This document shows, one piece after another, positions 25,566-37,815 of a DNA stretch of 64,000 nt (position 1 is the stretch's first letter; every line of letters begins with the position of its first letter). The position numbers and the translations under genes are program-made. Location: NCBI RefSeq assembly GCF_018977255.1, contig NW_024704742.1:65102001-65166000 (forward strand), given 5' to 3'. The DNA comes from Callorhinchus milii. Taxonomy: Eukaryota. Under the pieces are notes generated by a model. It was not told the DNA's origin and searched no databases. It saw only the letters and a list, made by a program, of their open reading frames with translations.

Positions 25566-26479
25566 ACAAATTGCATTTATATAGGGTCGAAGCACAATCA
25601 ATAGATGTTCATGGCTGGAGAGTTTAATGAATCAAAGAAAAACATGTGAAAAAACCAAACATTGCCCTGATGATCCTGTGATTCAAAAATAAATGTATGG
25701 ATTTTGCTAGCATAGCAAACCAAACATTCCCTCATCTTGAAACAGGAATTCCACTTTGTCTATCACCTCCAGTGTCTGTCAATTTTACCATCAGTGTAAA
25801 AGGTGTTTCTTACAACTTCATGGACCAACAAGCCCGGGCGTAAAACCTTTACTCCGAAATAAAAGCCTTATACTTATTAGGTAGATTAAACAAGGAACCC
25901 CACCCAAAATCCATCAGTTCCAGCATTAATGAGGCATAGTACCATCTTTAACATAGAGAACTAACTATCCCTGTACTAGCTCTCCCTTCACTGACATTGT
26001 CCATTGCCTACTGCATTAGAATCAACTTAAGACAGTGTAACACAACCTTTTTAAGAGTGAAATTCTTTCACAGTACAACATGTACCTCTAACAATGCAAG
26101 CATTTCTCTGTAAATGCTTAATACTGAAATCTGTAAAAACATCAAAATAAATAGTTGGAACTCATGATTTCTACAATAAAAGCAATTTACAAAATAATTT
26201 GTTAGGTCCATCCGAGGCACAGTGACAATGTGTGTGTGGGGGGGGGAAGGGGGGGGGTAGAGAAGGAATAAAGAGTAGAAACAGGTGTCAGAAATTCTGT
26301 CAGTAGTTGGGACAGTAGGGCCAGACCACAGGACTGGAAAATCACCACTAGGATTCCAATAACAGAGATCAGAAGCACAAGCTTGAATTCGAGAAAAATG
26401 CTAAGCACTATAAAGCTAGTGAGAGTTTCCTTCAAGCGTAATAGCAAAATATCCAATAAAAAAGGTTCACAAAAGACAG

Positions 26480-26800
26480 GTTCCAGGGACACAAGAAAAC
26501 AGGAGGCCATTCTTGGCCATTTTAATTCTTATTCCTTCATCATACCCCTCAATACTACAAGCATCTGCCCCTCTCTTTTAATCATCCCTATTGATTTGGG
26601 GTCTCAGCTTTCAAGGCCAGAGCAAGCCACAGCCTTACAAGCCTGTAGGTGAAGAAATGCTTCCAATACTCAGTTTTAAATGTCCTACTTCTGATTTTAA
26701 GACTATGCTGCTATCCCTCAACCAAAGGAGTCATCCACTATCTAACCTATAAATTCATCATTTTAAACACTTAATTCAAATTATCCCTCAACCTCCTTTT
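26480..26800 (-). mobile_element. Degraded CR1 3' fragment
   Basis: Homology to CR1 3' ends in the window. Confidence 0.55.
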
Positions 26801-26811
26801 CTCTAAGGGAT

Positions 26812-27128
26812 ATAATAATAATAGTAATCCTTGCATTTAATATAGCGCTTTTCACGTCTTCTCGACATCTCAAAGCGCTTCACAGAATATACTGTAAAGT
26901 GAATTGACTGTATATTTGTGGGCGAACATGGCAGCCAATTGTGCACAGCAATATTCCACAAACAGTCCTGGATTGAAAATGACCAATTTATTATTTTTTG
27001 TTTTGGAGGGATTATTATTAGGTGTGTGGAGTAAGGAAACTTGCCCAAGGTTTCGCCCTGTCTGGAATTGAACCCATGTGTCTCGCTTGCAAGGCGAGTG
27101 CTCTAACCACTGAGCTACAGAACTCCAC
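26812..27128 (-). mobile_element. SINE family A, short form
   Basis: Full-length homology to 22085-22418. Confidence 0.92.
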
Positions 27129-27489
27129 ACTCCAGCCTAACCAGCCACTCATCATCGTCAAGCCCCTTCATTCCAGGTACTGAACTAACAAACCATCATT
27201 GGATAAGCATCCAAGGTTAGCATACTTTCAAATGCCTCCATGGCCTCACCCCATCCGACCTCTGGAACCCTACCACCCCAGTTACTTTGCAAAACACCAG
27301 CCTGCTTCATGTTCCCTATCTGATACGCCCCATCATTGATTGGTAAGCTTTCAGCCATTCTGTCTCCACTCTGGAACGGCGTTCCAAAGAAGCCTCCACC
27401 TTGCCCCCATCTATCCCCACCTTCAAAAGACCCTTAAGCCCTACTTTTTGACTATCCCTTTAGGCTACCTTCTCCTCCCTCCCATCACC

Positions 27490-27968
27490 ACCGGAATGGA
27501 ATGCGCACTTTCTCCCCAGAGAGACACATCTTGCTTCCATAACTCCAGAGTGTATTAGGCATAAGTTGGCGAGAGCCCAAGGGTTCAAGATCCAAGAGTC
27601 TGCATTGGGATACTGCTAGAGTTGAGCTAAAACCACAAAGCTTGGCATTCAAAGCACTGTGTGGCAAGTTTCCTGCTGCTTGTCCTGCCAGAACCACTCT
27701 AATAGTTAGGGCTTTGGCTTGCAGGGTTAATGGGAGGTATGTGAGAAGAATCCAAGCCTCCAATGTTTAGTCCCCCCTTCCAAGTCCTACTGATGAGCCA
27801 GGTTGGCTATGCGGTCATCATCAGTGCGCTAGCGTACTGCTATCCTGCCTGGTTCAGGAACCACACTACCAAGATGGCCACAGAGGATGGGCTCGATTCT
27901 GACATCCTATTCCCACTCATGTCAGCTCAGAGTCAGTCCAGCTCCAAGGAGACCCTGCTTACCTGCTA
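27490..27968. repeat. Unclassified interspersed repeat, copy 1
   Basis: Colinear with 45215-45670 (GCTTTGGCTTGCAGGGTTAA, GATGAGCCAGG, GAGACCCTGCTTACCTGC). Confidence 0.8.
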
Positions 27969-28649
27969 AGTAGCATTTATGATCAAAAAATACAATTCTA
28001 AAATCAGATTAAATTAAAAACAGGATGGGGGGGAAGGGATTTAGAGAAACATGACAAAGTAGAACATTTTTTGGGTGCGTCAAATGACCACATGTTAAAA
28101 AAACTAAAAGTCTCTGTACTTGTAACTTGAAGGGCACCACAGAACCAATGTTTTTTTTTGCTACTTTAGAAAGATGCCTTGACCTACACTATGCCATATG
28201 GCAGCAACCAAAGTATACAGAACACCAGGGTGGGTCAATCCAAAAAAGATGCCACTGTAATGCATTGATGAGGCCACAGAAACGTGACCATAATTACAAT
28301 GAAGCACTCAAGAAAGGCTCGAAAGAAAATATCTTAATTCAACATATTAGAAAGATGGCTCAGGAGTCAAATGCATTGCCATCACATGCAATGTAATTAT
28401 GAGGAAACTCTTCACATTCTATAATTATAAGTTAAAGCTTCATCTACAGCACAAATGCATCTCACACTCATTTGCAGCATTGGAAAAAGATATTGAAACA
28501 TTTGTGATCTTAAAAGTGATTATTTTAGTGAGGGAAATCAAAAAATGGTGAACAGAATTCTCCCTGTTTTTATTGTTATCATTAAGATCCAGCAGTGAAT
28601 TAAAACTTGCATTTTTATAGCTACTTATGTAGAACGTATCCAATTCCTT

Positions 28650-29010
28650 TTACACTAATTATTGTCAAGTGTAATGGCTCCTTTGTAGATAAATAAAGCA
28701 TCCAAGCATCCATTCTGCCAATGGCAAACTGTCACAGACAAACAGGGAATTACTCGTTTATTTGGAGGCTGGTTGGCCAGACCACCAGAAGGAATTCCCT
28801 TCTCTTTCAAACAGTGTAATGGGCCCTTTAACACCCACCTTAATAGTGAGACAGGCCAAGTTAAATCCATGAAGACACCACCTTTCGAAATGCAGCATTC
28901 CCCGACCAGTGTTAGCCAATTAAGTTTACACTAGGAAGTTTAAAGTCCTGACACGAGGCTTGAACCCACAACCTTCTGACCCAGAGGACTACTACTGAGC
29001 CAAACTACCA
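28650..29010 (-). mobile_element. DeuSINE family B, diverged
   Basis: Head CTTGAACCCACAACCTTCTGACCCAGAG (plus strand) and Deu remnants. Confidence 0.65.
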
Positions 29011-29120
29011 GTACCACGTTTTTATTAATAGAAACCCAACAAGAAGCACTTAGTACATAAACAGCATCACTAAACAGAATCACATTGCTTAGAAACTTGG
29101 CAGTGAATACAAGCGAACAA

Positions 29121-29937
29121 TACAACAACAACAAAATTATATTTGTATAGAACCTTTCACATCAGGAGGACGTCCCAAGGCTCTGGACAGAGTTTTGGAC
29201 CGAACTGGGGGTCGGGATTAGGGAGGGTAGAGGGCGGGGGGGGGGGGGACCAGGGAGATTAAAAGCATAGTCGAAGAGGAGGGTCTTGAGATGGGTCTTG
29301 AAGGAGGCAAAGGAGGGGGCGAGGCAGAGGGACTGCAAGATGGAGACTCAGAGGGTGCCAGAGTGGCAGAAGGCTGCCTGCCAATGGTGGGGCGAGGGAT
29401 GTGAAGCGGGCTGGAGCCGGCTGAGCGGAGGGAGGGAGCGAGCAGGATGGTGGGGGCTTAGGAAGTCACAGAGGTAGGGGGGAGCAAGACCATGGAGGGC
29501 TTTGAAAGTGAGGACCAGGAACTTGAACTGTATCCTCTGCGTGATGGGAAGCCAGTGGAGTCGGGCGAATATGGGGGTGATAGGGTCACGGAGCCTGGTG
29601 TGAGAGAGGACACGGGCTGCAGAGTTCTGGATGATCTGCAGCCTGTGGAGGGAGAAGTTGGGGAGGCCGACAAGCAAGGAGTTTGCATAGTCAAGCCTCG
29701 ATGTAATCAAAGCTTGTATGAGGGTTTCGGCGACCTGCGGAGTGAGACAGTGTCGGAGCTGGGTGATGCTGCGGAGGTGGGGGAAGGCGGAGTGAATCAT
29801 GGCACAATTGTTGGTTAGAAAGGATAGTTGAGGGTCAAACAAGACCCCAAGTTCTCAGTAAGATGAAGGGTGCAACCATGGATGGTGATGCTATCAGCAC
29901 CTGAGGTGTGGAGGCACTGACGAGAGCCAGTCAGGAT
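29121..29937 (-). mobile_element. L2 family A 3' fragment
   Basis: 164-aa RT C-terminal ORF and tail. Confidence 0.92.
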
Positions 29938-30592
29938 GCAGTGCTTAATGCACTGCTTAAGCTTCTGAACATGAAATAATTTGTACATCAATAAGCTTTT
30001 GAACATGAAGTATATTTTTTAAAATGAACATCTGAATCAAATACAGTTTTTCTATGAGTTACAAAGAAAAACAATCTCCTAACAAGTCTTAAAGTACACT
30101 TGGTGTGTTACAATTGGATTAAAAAAGTCCATCGTAAAAGTGTGGAATAAAAGTGAAATTGGGTTTCCTTCTCCCCAATAGAGAGAGCGAGAGGGAGAGA
30201 GAGAATGCGCGCGAGGTGAATAAGAAATATGTCCAAAAATTGACAGCCTACTGTTGTTTCACTTCTGGAACCTGAAACTGAGAGCCAGCCCAATCTGATG
30301 GGTTGAAAGACTACCTGCTACTTGCAAAAGTCCTATTCACACACCACCAATAAACTGACATTCAGCGAGAAATGGTAATGGTGGCTGTTCCAGCAGGCAA
30401 CAATATTCACATTGGTGCAGTAGGGATGTTTAAATAAGTAATATGTTCAAGTGCAGTCGAGAACACGTCAACATGCAGTATATTCTGTGAAGCGCTCTGA
30501 GTCATTAAATGCAAGGATTATTATGTATTCACGGGTGAAGTTGTGCTTTACCTGTAAATACATGTCAAAGCTTACTTAGACACTTACAGCTT

Positions 30593-30907
30593 ATAATAAT
30601 AATAATCCTTGCATTTGATAAAGCGCTTTTCATGTCAGGAGGACGTCCCAAAGCGCTTCACAGAACACACCGTAAAGTGAATTGACTGTATATTGTGGGC
30701 GAACGCGGCAGCCAATTGCGCACAGCAATGTCCCACAAACGGTCGTAGATTGAAAATGACCAATTTATTATTGTTTTTGGAGGGATTATTAATAGGCGTG
30801 TGGAGTAAGGAAACTTGCCCAAGGTTTCGCCCTGACATGCCTGGAATTGAACTCAGGTCTCTCGCTTGCAAAGCGAGCGCTCTAACCACTGAGCTACAGG
30901 ACTCCAC
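30593..30907 (-). mobile_element. SINE family A, short form, young
   Basis: Full-length and CpG-retaining; near-identical to the 22085 copy. Confidence 0.95.
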
Positions 30908-31079
30908 ACTTACCAGAATTACATACTGAAAACGTAACACCCAAAGTAATACCATTTCATTCCCCAGAGCTAATTATGAATTGTAACTAGAGCTATCCGT
31001 ATTAACTTCAATGATTTGATAAATCCATCACTTTCCATGTGAAAACAGTGAAAATAAGACGAGGATCAAAGGGGGTAAG

Positions 31080-31460
31080 TGGAAAAAATTAGAACGGGAG
31101 CTGGAAGCAAACAAGGGGAAATATATAAAGGGGAATAATTGTACAGCATTATTGAGAAAGATCTGTGGGCTATTGTGAGTGAATGAAACAGTACAGTGCT
31201 TCTATTACACTGGGTTGCATTGGCAGGGGAAAGAGTAAAAATCAAAAGTAATATTGCTGTAAAAACGCATTCACCAGATCCTCTCAAGTATTCTGTACAG
31301 TTTTGAACACCTAATTTTAAGAAGGATATTGCTGAACTTGAAAGGTACAGAGGCAAGCAACCAAAATTATAGCAGGTATCAGGAACCCAAAGTATGAGGG
31401 AGGAAAGAAAGATTAAACAAGTGGAGTTGGCTCCAACTGAAAAATAGGAGTCTGCAAATG
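31080..31460 (+). mobile_element. Degraded CR1 RT fragment
   Basis: EKDL..YCVQF.TP.FKKDI..LE remnants. Confidence 0.6.
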
Positions 31461-31479
31461 GAAGAGCTCCCAAGTAGAG

Positions 31480-31720
31480 CTTGGCTCAGTTGGTAACACT
31501 CTTGGTCAGAAGGTTGTGGGTTCAAACCCCACAACAGTATTTGAACGTACACTCCCAGCTGACACTCCAGTGCATAGTGTTTGGAGGAATTTTGCATATT
31601 CAAAGTTATCGCCTTACGGATGAAACAAACCAAGATACCATCAACCTGTTAAGGTGAATATTAAAGATATCAAGACACCGTTCAAAAAGGAAAAGGATGT
31701 TTCTGCAGATCCTCCAAATA
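31480..31720 (+). mobile_element. DeuSINE family B 5' part
   Basis: Head and Deu domain homology. Confidence 0.7.
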
Positions 31721-31889
31721 TATTGCTAATGTAGTCTCTTTCTGGGGCTGATTAGCTGAAGATTGCAGGTGGTATGTGCTCTTTTTTTAAAAAAAATACC
31801 TTTTAGTAGTTTTAAACTAACCCATAAGCAAGTTTGCCAAAGCAATCGTTAATCATAGTGCATAAACAGAAAATAGAATAGAAATGATA

Positions 31890-32680
31890 GAAATAATGTT
31901 AATCTTAAGATTGGCATCAAAATGATAGGTACAAATAGAGAAGCTGCCTAGAATCCAGATGGTAGAAAGCTAAGAAGAGTGCAGGAGCAAAGAGATCTGG
32001 GGATTCAGATCCACAAATTTCTAAAAGTAGCTACACAGATGGATAAGGCTATAAAAAAAGTCCAATGGGCTCTTTGGGCTTTATATCCAGAGGGATAGAA
32101 TATAAAAGTGAGAAGGTAATGTTGAATTTATACAAAACATTGGTTAGACCACATTTGGGGTATTGTGTCCAATTCTGATCTCCACACTATAGGAATGATA
32201 TGCAATGGAAAGAGCACAGCATAGGTTTACGGGGCCAGTATCAGAGCTAGCAGGTTTCTGTTATCAGGATAGACTGGTATTGTTTTGCAGGAGAGGAGTT
32301 TAGGGGAACCTAAAAGAAATATTTACAATTATAAAAGGATTTGATAAGGTTAACATAAATAGACTGTTTCCACTAGGTGGGGAGTCCGTAACCAGGGAAC
32401 ACAAATATAAGATAGCAACTGGGGAATCAAAAAGAGAATTTAGGAGGAACTATTTCACACAGAGGGTTGGGAAAATGTAGAACTCGCTACCTGAAGCGGT
32501 AGTGGAATCATAAAGTATAGATGCCTTCAAAAGGAACCTTCACATGAGGGAGAGAAGAACCGAAGGATATGGGAGATAGCAAAGGAAAGGGTGGAGACTC
32601 GTGTGGAATATGAACAGCTGCACAGACTGGTTGGGTTAACTGCCCTGTTGCACATTCTTTGCAATTCTTTGTAACTTTTA
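31890..32680 (+). mobile_element. CR1 3' fragment
   Basis: EQRDLG..LYKTLVRPHLGYCVQF..FTQRV remnants. Confidence 0.85.
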
Positions 32681-33495
32681 AAGTTTGGAGAAACACATCC
32701 ACAAAACCTTAACAGTGAAGAAAAATGTAAGAAACCGTTTATGAAAAAGAAAGTTTTCTAAACCACATGCTGCCGTGGTGAAATGCTTTTAAAATAGTAA
32801 AGACGCCGGTGGTTTTCTTCCATCCAGTAACAACTTCACGCTGACCTGTAGGCAGTTCACAATACTCTGAAAAAGGAACTGCAAGAGATTCCCTCAAAAT
32901 ATTGAACATGTGCAACAAGGTTGGGAGCCGAAGGGGGTGGAGAGGAGAAAGATCGCCGAAAGCATGGTCAAAGTGGTACATCTTGAGAAGGACCTTGAAC
33001 GAGGGGAGGAAAGGTGCGAGCAGAGGGACTCCCAGGTTCCAGAGAAGGGTGGAATGGATGACGGCCGGCCTGACGAATTTTTGGATTCCATTCATCTCAG
33101 AAACCTAGGTTCAAAATACAGGCAGTCGGACACAAGTCATTGTGCTGTGACGGTTCTTCAAGACCCATACAATAAAATCTAGCGCACAAGTCATGAGTTC
33201 GTAGAGACCTTTAAATAATGAAACAATGGAACAGTTTCATTGAGGAAAAACCTTTTGACATGGCCAGGATTTCTTTGGGCAGTTTTTGTAAGATAGTGTG
33301 GCCTGAGGGTTCATTGTACTGTGGGATTTTGCAGAAATGCTGCAATGTTCTCTAGGCCATGTTGGAAGAGTCACCACCATATATGTTTTAGCTGTCCCCA
33401 GCACCCACTTCTCAGCTATCCCCTCCTTCAATATCACAATGAGACTAATATCACAATTCCCAAGTTGATCACATCTCAGATAGTTCATTACAAAT

Positions 33496-33740
33496 AACAA
33501 CAACAACTTGGATTTATATAGCGCCCTCCACTATATGAAATGCTGTACTCTGTCCTCCAGCGCCTTGGGACGTCCTCCCGACATGAAAGGCGCTATACAA
33601 ATGTGTTCTTGTTGTTGTTGTTCCATGCCAGATGGCGTCTCAGAGCGCTTCACAGTAACGGATCCCAGGGCCGAGCCAGGGGGAGAGGGAGGAAAGTGTC
33701 CAAAGACGCGGTCAAAAACAAAGGTCTTCAGCCGAGAACA
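33496..33740 (-). mobile_element. L2 family B 3' end containing an inverted L2-A tail insertion (33531-33625)
   Basis: Colinear with the 9563 copy apart from the insert; TCCA duplicated. Confidence 0.85.
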
Positions 33741-34324
33741 GGCATTAACAGGCAATCTGGTGTTGCCATCTCTGGGTTTTAATTCTCTCATTGCTATTTG
33801 CACCTGTGCCATCTCCTCTTGCTCAGAGACAAAGATCATTTTCACTGGACTAACAATAACTCTGATTCACTTCTCTTTCACCACACCCTTTTATATTCTT
33901 CTTCAAATGGTTATCTGTACAAAATGTACTATTAAAAATCAAAGCAAATACCAATGTTTAAAGAGATGTGAGATTAATATCATACTTTATATAAAAAATA
34001 AATTGAATTATAATCAGTTAAGGAGAAAGACCAGGATCTGTTTTCTAACTGCTGAGTCAAGTGGTATTTCAGGATCTAGGCTCTACAAGATAGCACATCA
34101 TGCAAAAAGAGAGAAACCAGGATCCACTTGTCAAGAGATGCAAAACATCTCGATTTGTTTACCTAGCAGGAAGTAGGAACGCGGTTGATGTATTACTTTC
34201 CGGGGGTAATAATTCCAGGCAAAACAAACAAATAATTTGGTCAATACCAAATTTCAGTACCACAGTCTGAGTGTTAAATCTGTCTTGTGATTTTCAGGAT
34301 AGACAATTTTAGCCAAACTGTTTA

Positions 34325-35942
34325 ACAACAACAACAAAATTGCATTTGTATAGCGCCTTTCACGTCGGGAGGACGTCCCAAGACGTTGGACAGTTTCAGA
34401 CCCGAGCTGGGATTGGAATCGGCAGGAGGGGAAGCAGGGTGATCGAAAGCACAGTCGAAGAGGAGGGTCTTGAGATGGGTCTTGAAGAAGGCAAGGGAGG
34501 GGGGGGAGGCAGAGGGACTGCGGAATGGAGTTCCAGAGGGTGGGGCAGAGTGGCAGAAGGCCCACCCACCAATAGTGGAGCGAACAAGGCAGGGAACGTG
34601 AAGCAGGCCGGAGCCCGCTGAGCAGACGAAGCGAGCAGGGTGGTAGGGGGTTAGGACGTCACAGAGGTAGGTGGGAGCAAGACCATGAAAATGAGGACCA
34701 GGATCTTGAACTGTATCCTCTGTGTGATGGGAAACCAGTGGATTCGGGCAAGGATGGGGGTGATAGGGTCACGGAGCCTGGTGCAGGAGAGGACACGGGC
34801 TGCAGAGTTAATAATAATAATAATCCTTGCATTTGATATAGCGCTTTTCACATCTTTGACGTCTCAAAGCGCTTCACAGAACAGACTGTAAAGTGAATTG
34901 ACTGTATATTTGTGGGCGAAACACGGCAGCCAATTGCGCACAGCAGTGTCCCACAAACAGTCGCGGATTGAAAATGACCAATTTTTTTGTTTTGGAGGGA
35001 TTATTAGGCGTGTGGAATAAGGAAATTTGCCCAAGGTTTCGCTCTGCCTGGAATTGAACCCAGGTGTCTCGCTTGCAAGGTGAGTATTCTAACCACTGAG
35101 CTACAGGAGTTCTGGATGATCTGCAGCCTGTGGAGGTAGGGGTTGGAGAGGCCGACAAGCAAGGAATTTGCCTCGATGTAATGAAAGCGTGTATGAGGGG
35201 TTTGGCAGCCTGCGGAGTGAGACAGTTGTAGAGCCGGGCGATGATGCAGCGGTGTGGGAAGGCAGAGCAGATCACAGCACAGATGTGGGGTAAAAGGAAT
35301 AGTTGAGGGTCAAACAAGCTGCCAAGATTCTGGACTGGCTTAGTAAGGTGAAATGTGCATTCATGGATGATGATGATGCTGTCAGCACCAGAGGTGTGAA
35401 GACGCTAACAGGAGCGAATCAGGAGAGCCTCGGTCTTGTTGACGTTCAAAAATTAGCTCTCATCCCGGACTTGATGTCTGACAGAACCTGGAGTCCAAGG
35501 TGGAGGTAGAGAGGAATATTTGGGTGTCATCCACTTACATGTGGAAGTTGACCCAATGTCTGCGGATGATGTCACCAAGCGGGAACATATAGATATTGAA
35601 GAGGAGGGGACCACGGACAGAGCCCTGAGGCACAAGACGGTGCGGGGGCTGGAGGAGAAACCGTTTGTGGAGATGAAGTGGAGGCAGTGTAAGAGGTACG
35701 ATCTGAACCAGTCAAGGACAGAGCCGTGAAGGCTGAGGTGAGGGGCGAGACGGTGGACAAGAATAGAGTGGTCAACGGTGTCGAAGGAAGCAGAGAGGTC
35801 AAGGAGGCAGAGGGAGCCCTGGTCGCAGATGGACAGAATGTAATTTGTCACTTTGACCAGGGCTGTTTCTGTGCTGTGGGCGGCACGGACACCCAATTGG
35901 AGGGGTTCGTGAAGGGAGTTGCAGGAGAGGAAGGAGCAAAGC
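34325..35942 (-). mobile_element. Longest L2 family A fragment (RT core to tail), interrupted by a SINE
   Basis: HSTETALVKVTN..LLDLSASFDTVDH RT motifs; frameshifted. Confidence 0.93.
34810..35108 (-). mobile_element. SINE family A, short form, nested in L2
   Basis: Interrupts an L2; GAGTT duplicated at 34805-34809 and 35107-35111. Confidence 0.92.
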
Positions 35943-36024
35943 TCCTTATGTTTAAATAAAGTTTATGGTGATACTGAACTATCCACAATAGTTTAGCGTT
36001 AGGTCGACAAGTTAAATACTACTT

Positions 36025-36428
36025 GTGGAGTCCTGTAGCGTATCAGCTATAACACTCGCCTCACAAGCAAGAGGACACAGGTTCAATTCCCGGGCCGGGT
36101 GAAACTTTAGTTAAGTTTCCTTCCTCCACATGCCTCTGTTTATCTAGCAGTAAGTAGGAATCTGGTTGTTAGTTGATTGGCGGATCGCTTTTCTGGGGTG
36201 ATACTCCCTTCAAAATACAAATAATAATAATTTGGTCACTCCAAACAACTAACTGAACGCAATCCACGAATGTTTGTGGGCCACAGCTGTGTGCAATTGG
36301 CTACCATGTTTCACCCAAAAAATATGCAGTGAATTCATTTTACAGTGTACTCAGCACTTACTGCGAAGTGCTTTGAGAGGTCTCGAAGACAAGGCACTAT
36401 ATCAAATGCAAAGATTATTATTATTATA
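36025..36428 (+). mobile_element. SINE family A, long form (tRNA-Val-like head)
   Basis: Head TCGCCTCACAAGCAAGAGG...GGTTCAATTCCCGGGCCGGGTGAAAC; long central segment. Confidence 0.88.
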
Positions 36429-36711
36429 ATTCAGATCTCTCTGAATGGCTAAAACCATAGGAAACATTCTAAACAGCACACTAATTGCATTCTCATTAAC
36501 ACCCATAGTATTATCCTGGAACATTCTTCTGTGCAAAAGCTATATTAACACTTAATATTTAATTTACACTTTACATCTGCAAATTCACAACAGGCTATAG
36601 AAGCACCACATCAACACTTGAGCGCTTTGTCCAGGTTTACGTTCAGTGCAGAAAGAGTTGAGTGAGGAGAACTACAACAACAAAGGAATGTTGCATTGTC
36701 GGAAGTACCAT

Positions 36712-36921
36712 AATAATCCTATAATAATCCTTGCATTTGATATAGCGCTTTTCACGTCGGGAGGACGTCTCAAAGCGCTTCACAGAACACACTGTAAAGT
36801 GAATTGACTGTATATTTATGGGCAAACGCGGCAGCCAATTACGCACAGCAATGTCCCACAAACAGTCGTAGATTGAAAATGACCAATTTATTATTGTTTT
36901 TTGTTTTGGAGGGATTATTAT
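36712..36921 (-). mobile_element. SINE family A, 5'-truncated, inserted in a DeuSINE
   Basis: TSD TACCAT at 36706-36711 and 36922-36927. Confidence 0.9.
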
Positions 36922-37396
36922 TACCATGTTTTGGATGACATATTAAACTGATGCCCAAGCTGCCTGTTCAGTTGGTTGTTTGGAGAACCCATGACACTTT
37001 TCAAAAAGGACGCTTCTCCATCCTTCCAAGCCAACAATCATTCAGATAGGAGTCATTGATATATGTCTGTTGTAAATGGCTATGATTTTTAATCTTTTAA
37101 AAAAACACTAAAATTACATTATTTATTAAACGTTCTGATAATTTTTACATTGTTAAAATAACTATACTGCAACTGAGGAAAAAAAGTAGGGAGTAGTCAT
37201 CTGATAATCAGATTAATCTCTGACTTCCACTGCCATCAACACCTCATCCAGAATAAGCGTAGAGTAATAATCTTTGCAATTGATATTGCGCCTTATATCG
37301 TTGAGACGTATCAACGCACTTCACAGAATATACTCTAAAGCGAATTGACTGTATATTTTGTGGCTGAAACTGTATAATGGTGGGTAATGACTGCAA

Positions 37397-37815
37397 AATG
37401 TCTGCCTGGCTCAGGTGGTAGCCTCTCATCTCTGAGTCAAAAGGCTGTGGGTTCAAGCTCCATATCAGAACTATGATAATCTAGGTGGACACACCAATGC
37501 ACTGCTGGTGGGGGGTTTCTGCATTGTCGGAGGTGCTGTCCTCCAGATGAGAAGTTAAAAACCAGGTCTGCCTGCCTGCACTTTGAAGATTCCATGTAAC
37601 TACTCAGGAGGAATTTTAATATAACAATCCTGTCCCAAATCCCCAAGATAGAAATGGTCATTCATCTCCCAGCTGTTTGCAGGATATGCTGCTCGTAAAT
37701 TGGCTGCCTGTGTTCACTTACAAATAAGTAGTTAGTACACTTTACAGAAATCCTGGAAAGCCCTCCGAGCCATTTCAATGACATATGGTGCTATATTAAT
37801 TCAAGGATTATTGCT
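37397..37815 (+). mobile_element. DeuSINE family B
   Basis: GCATTGTCGGAGGTGCTGTCCTCCAGATGAGAAGTTAAAACC Deu domain. Confidence 0.8.

Noticed and set aside
27955..27968. U1 snRNA 5' end (CTTACCTG)
   Set aside because: Only 8 nt match with no downstream U1 sequence; better read as an antisense splice donor.
33508..34176. 222-aa plus-strand ORF
   Set aside because: Spans nested L2 tails and AT-rich DNA; no homology recognised.
2045..35942. Sense-strand bias of long L2 copies within the intron
   Set aside because: Counts are small and several plus-strand fragments exist; not distinguishable from chance by eye.
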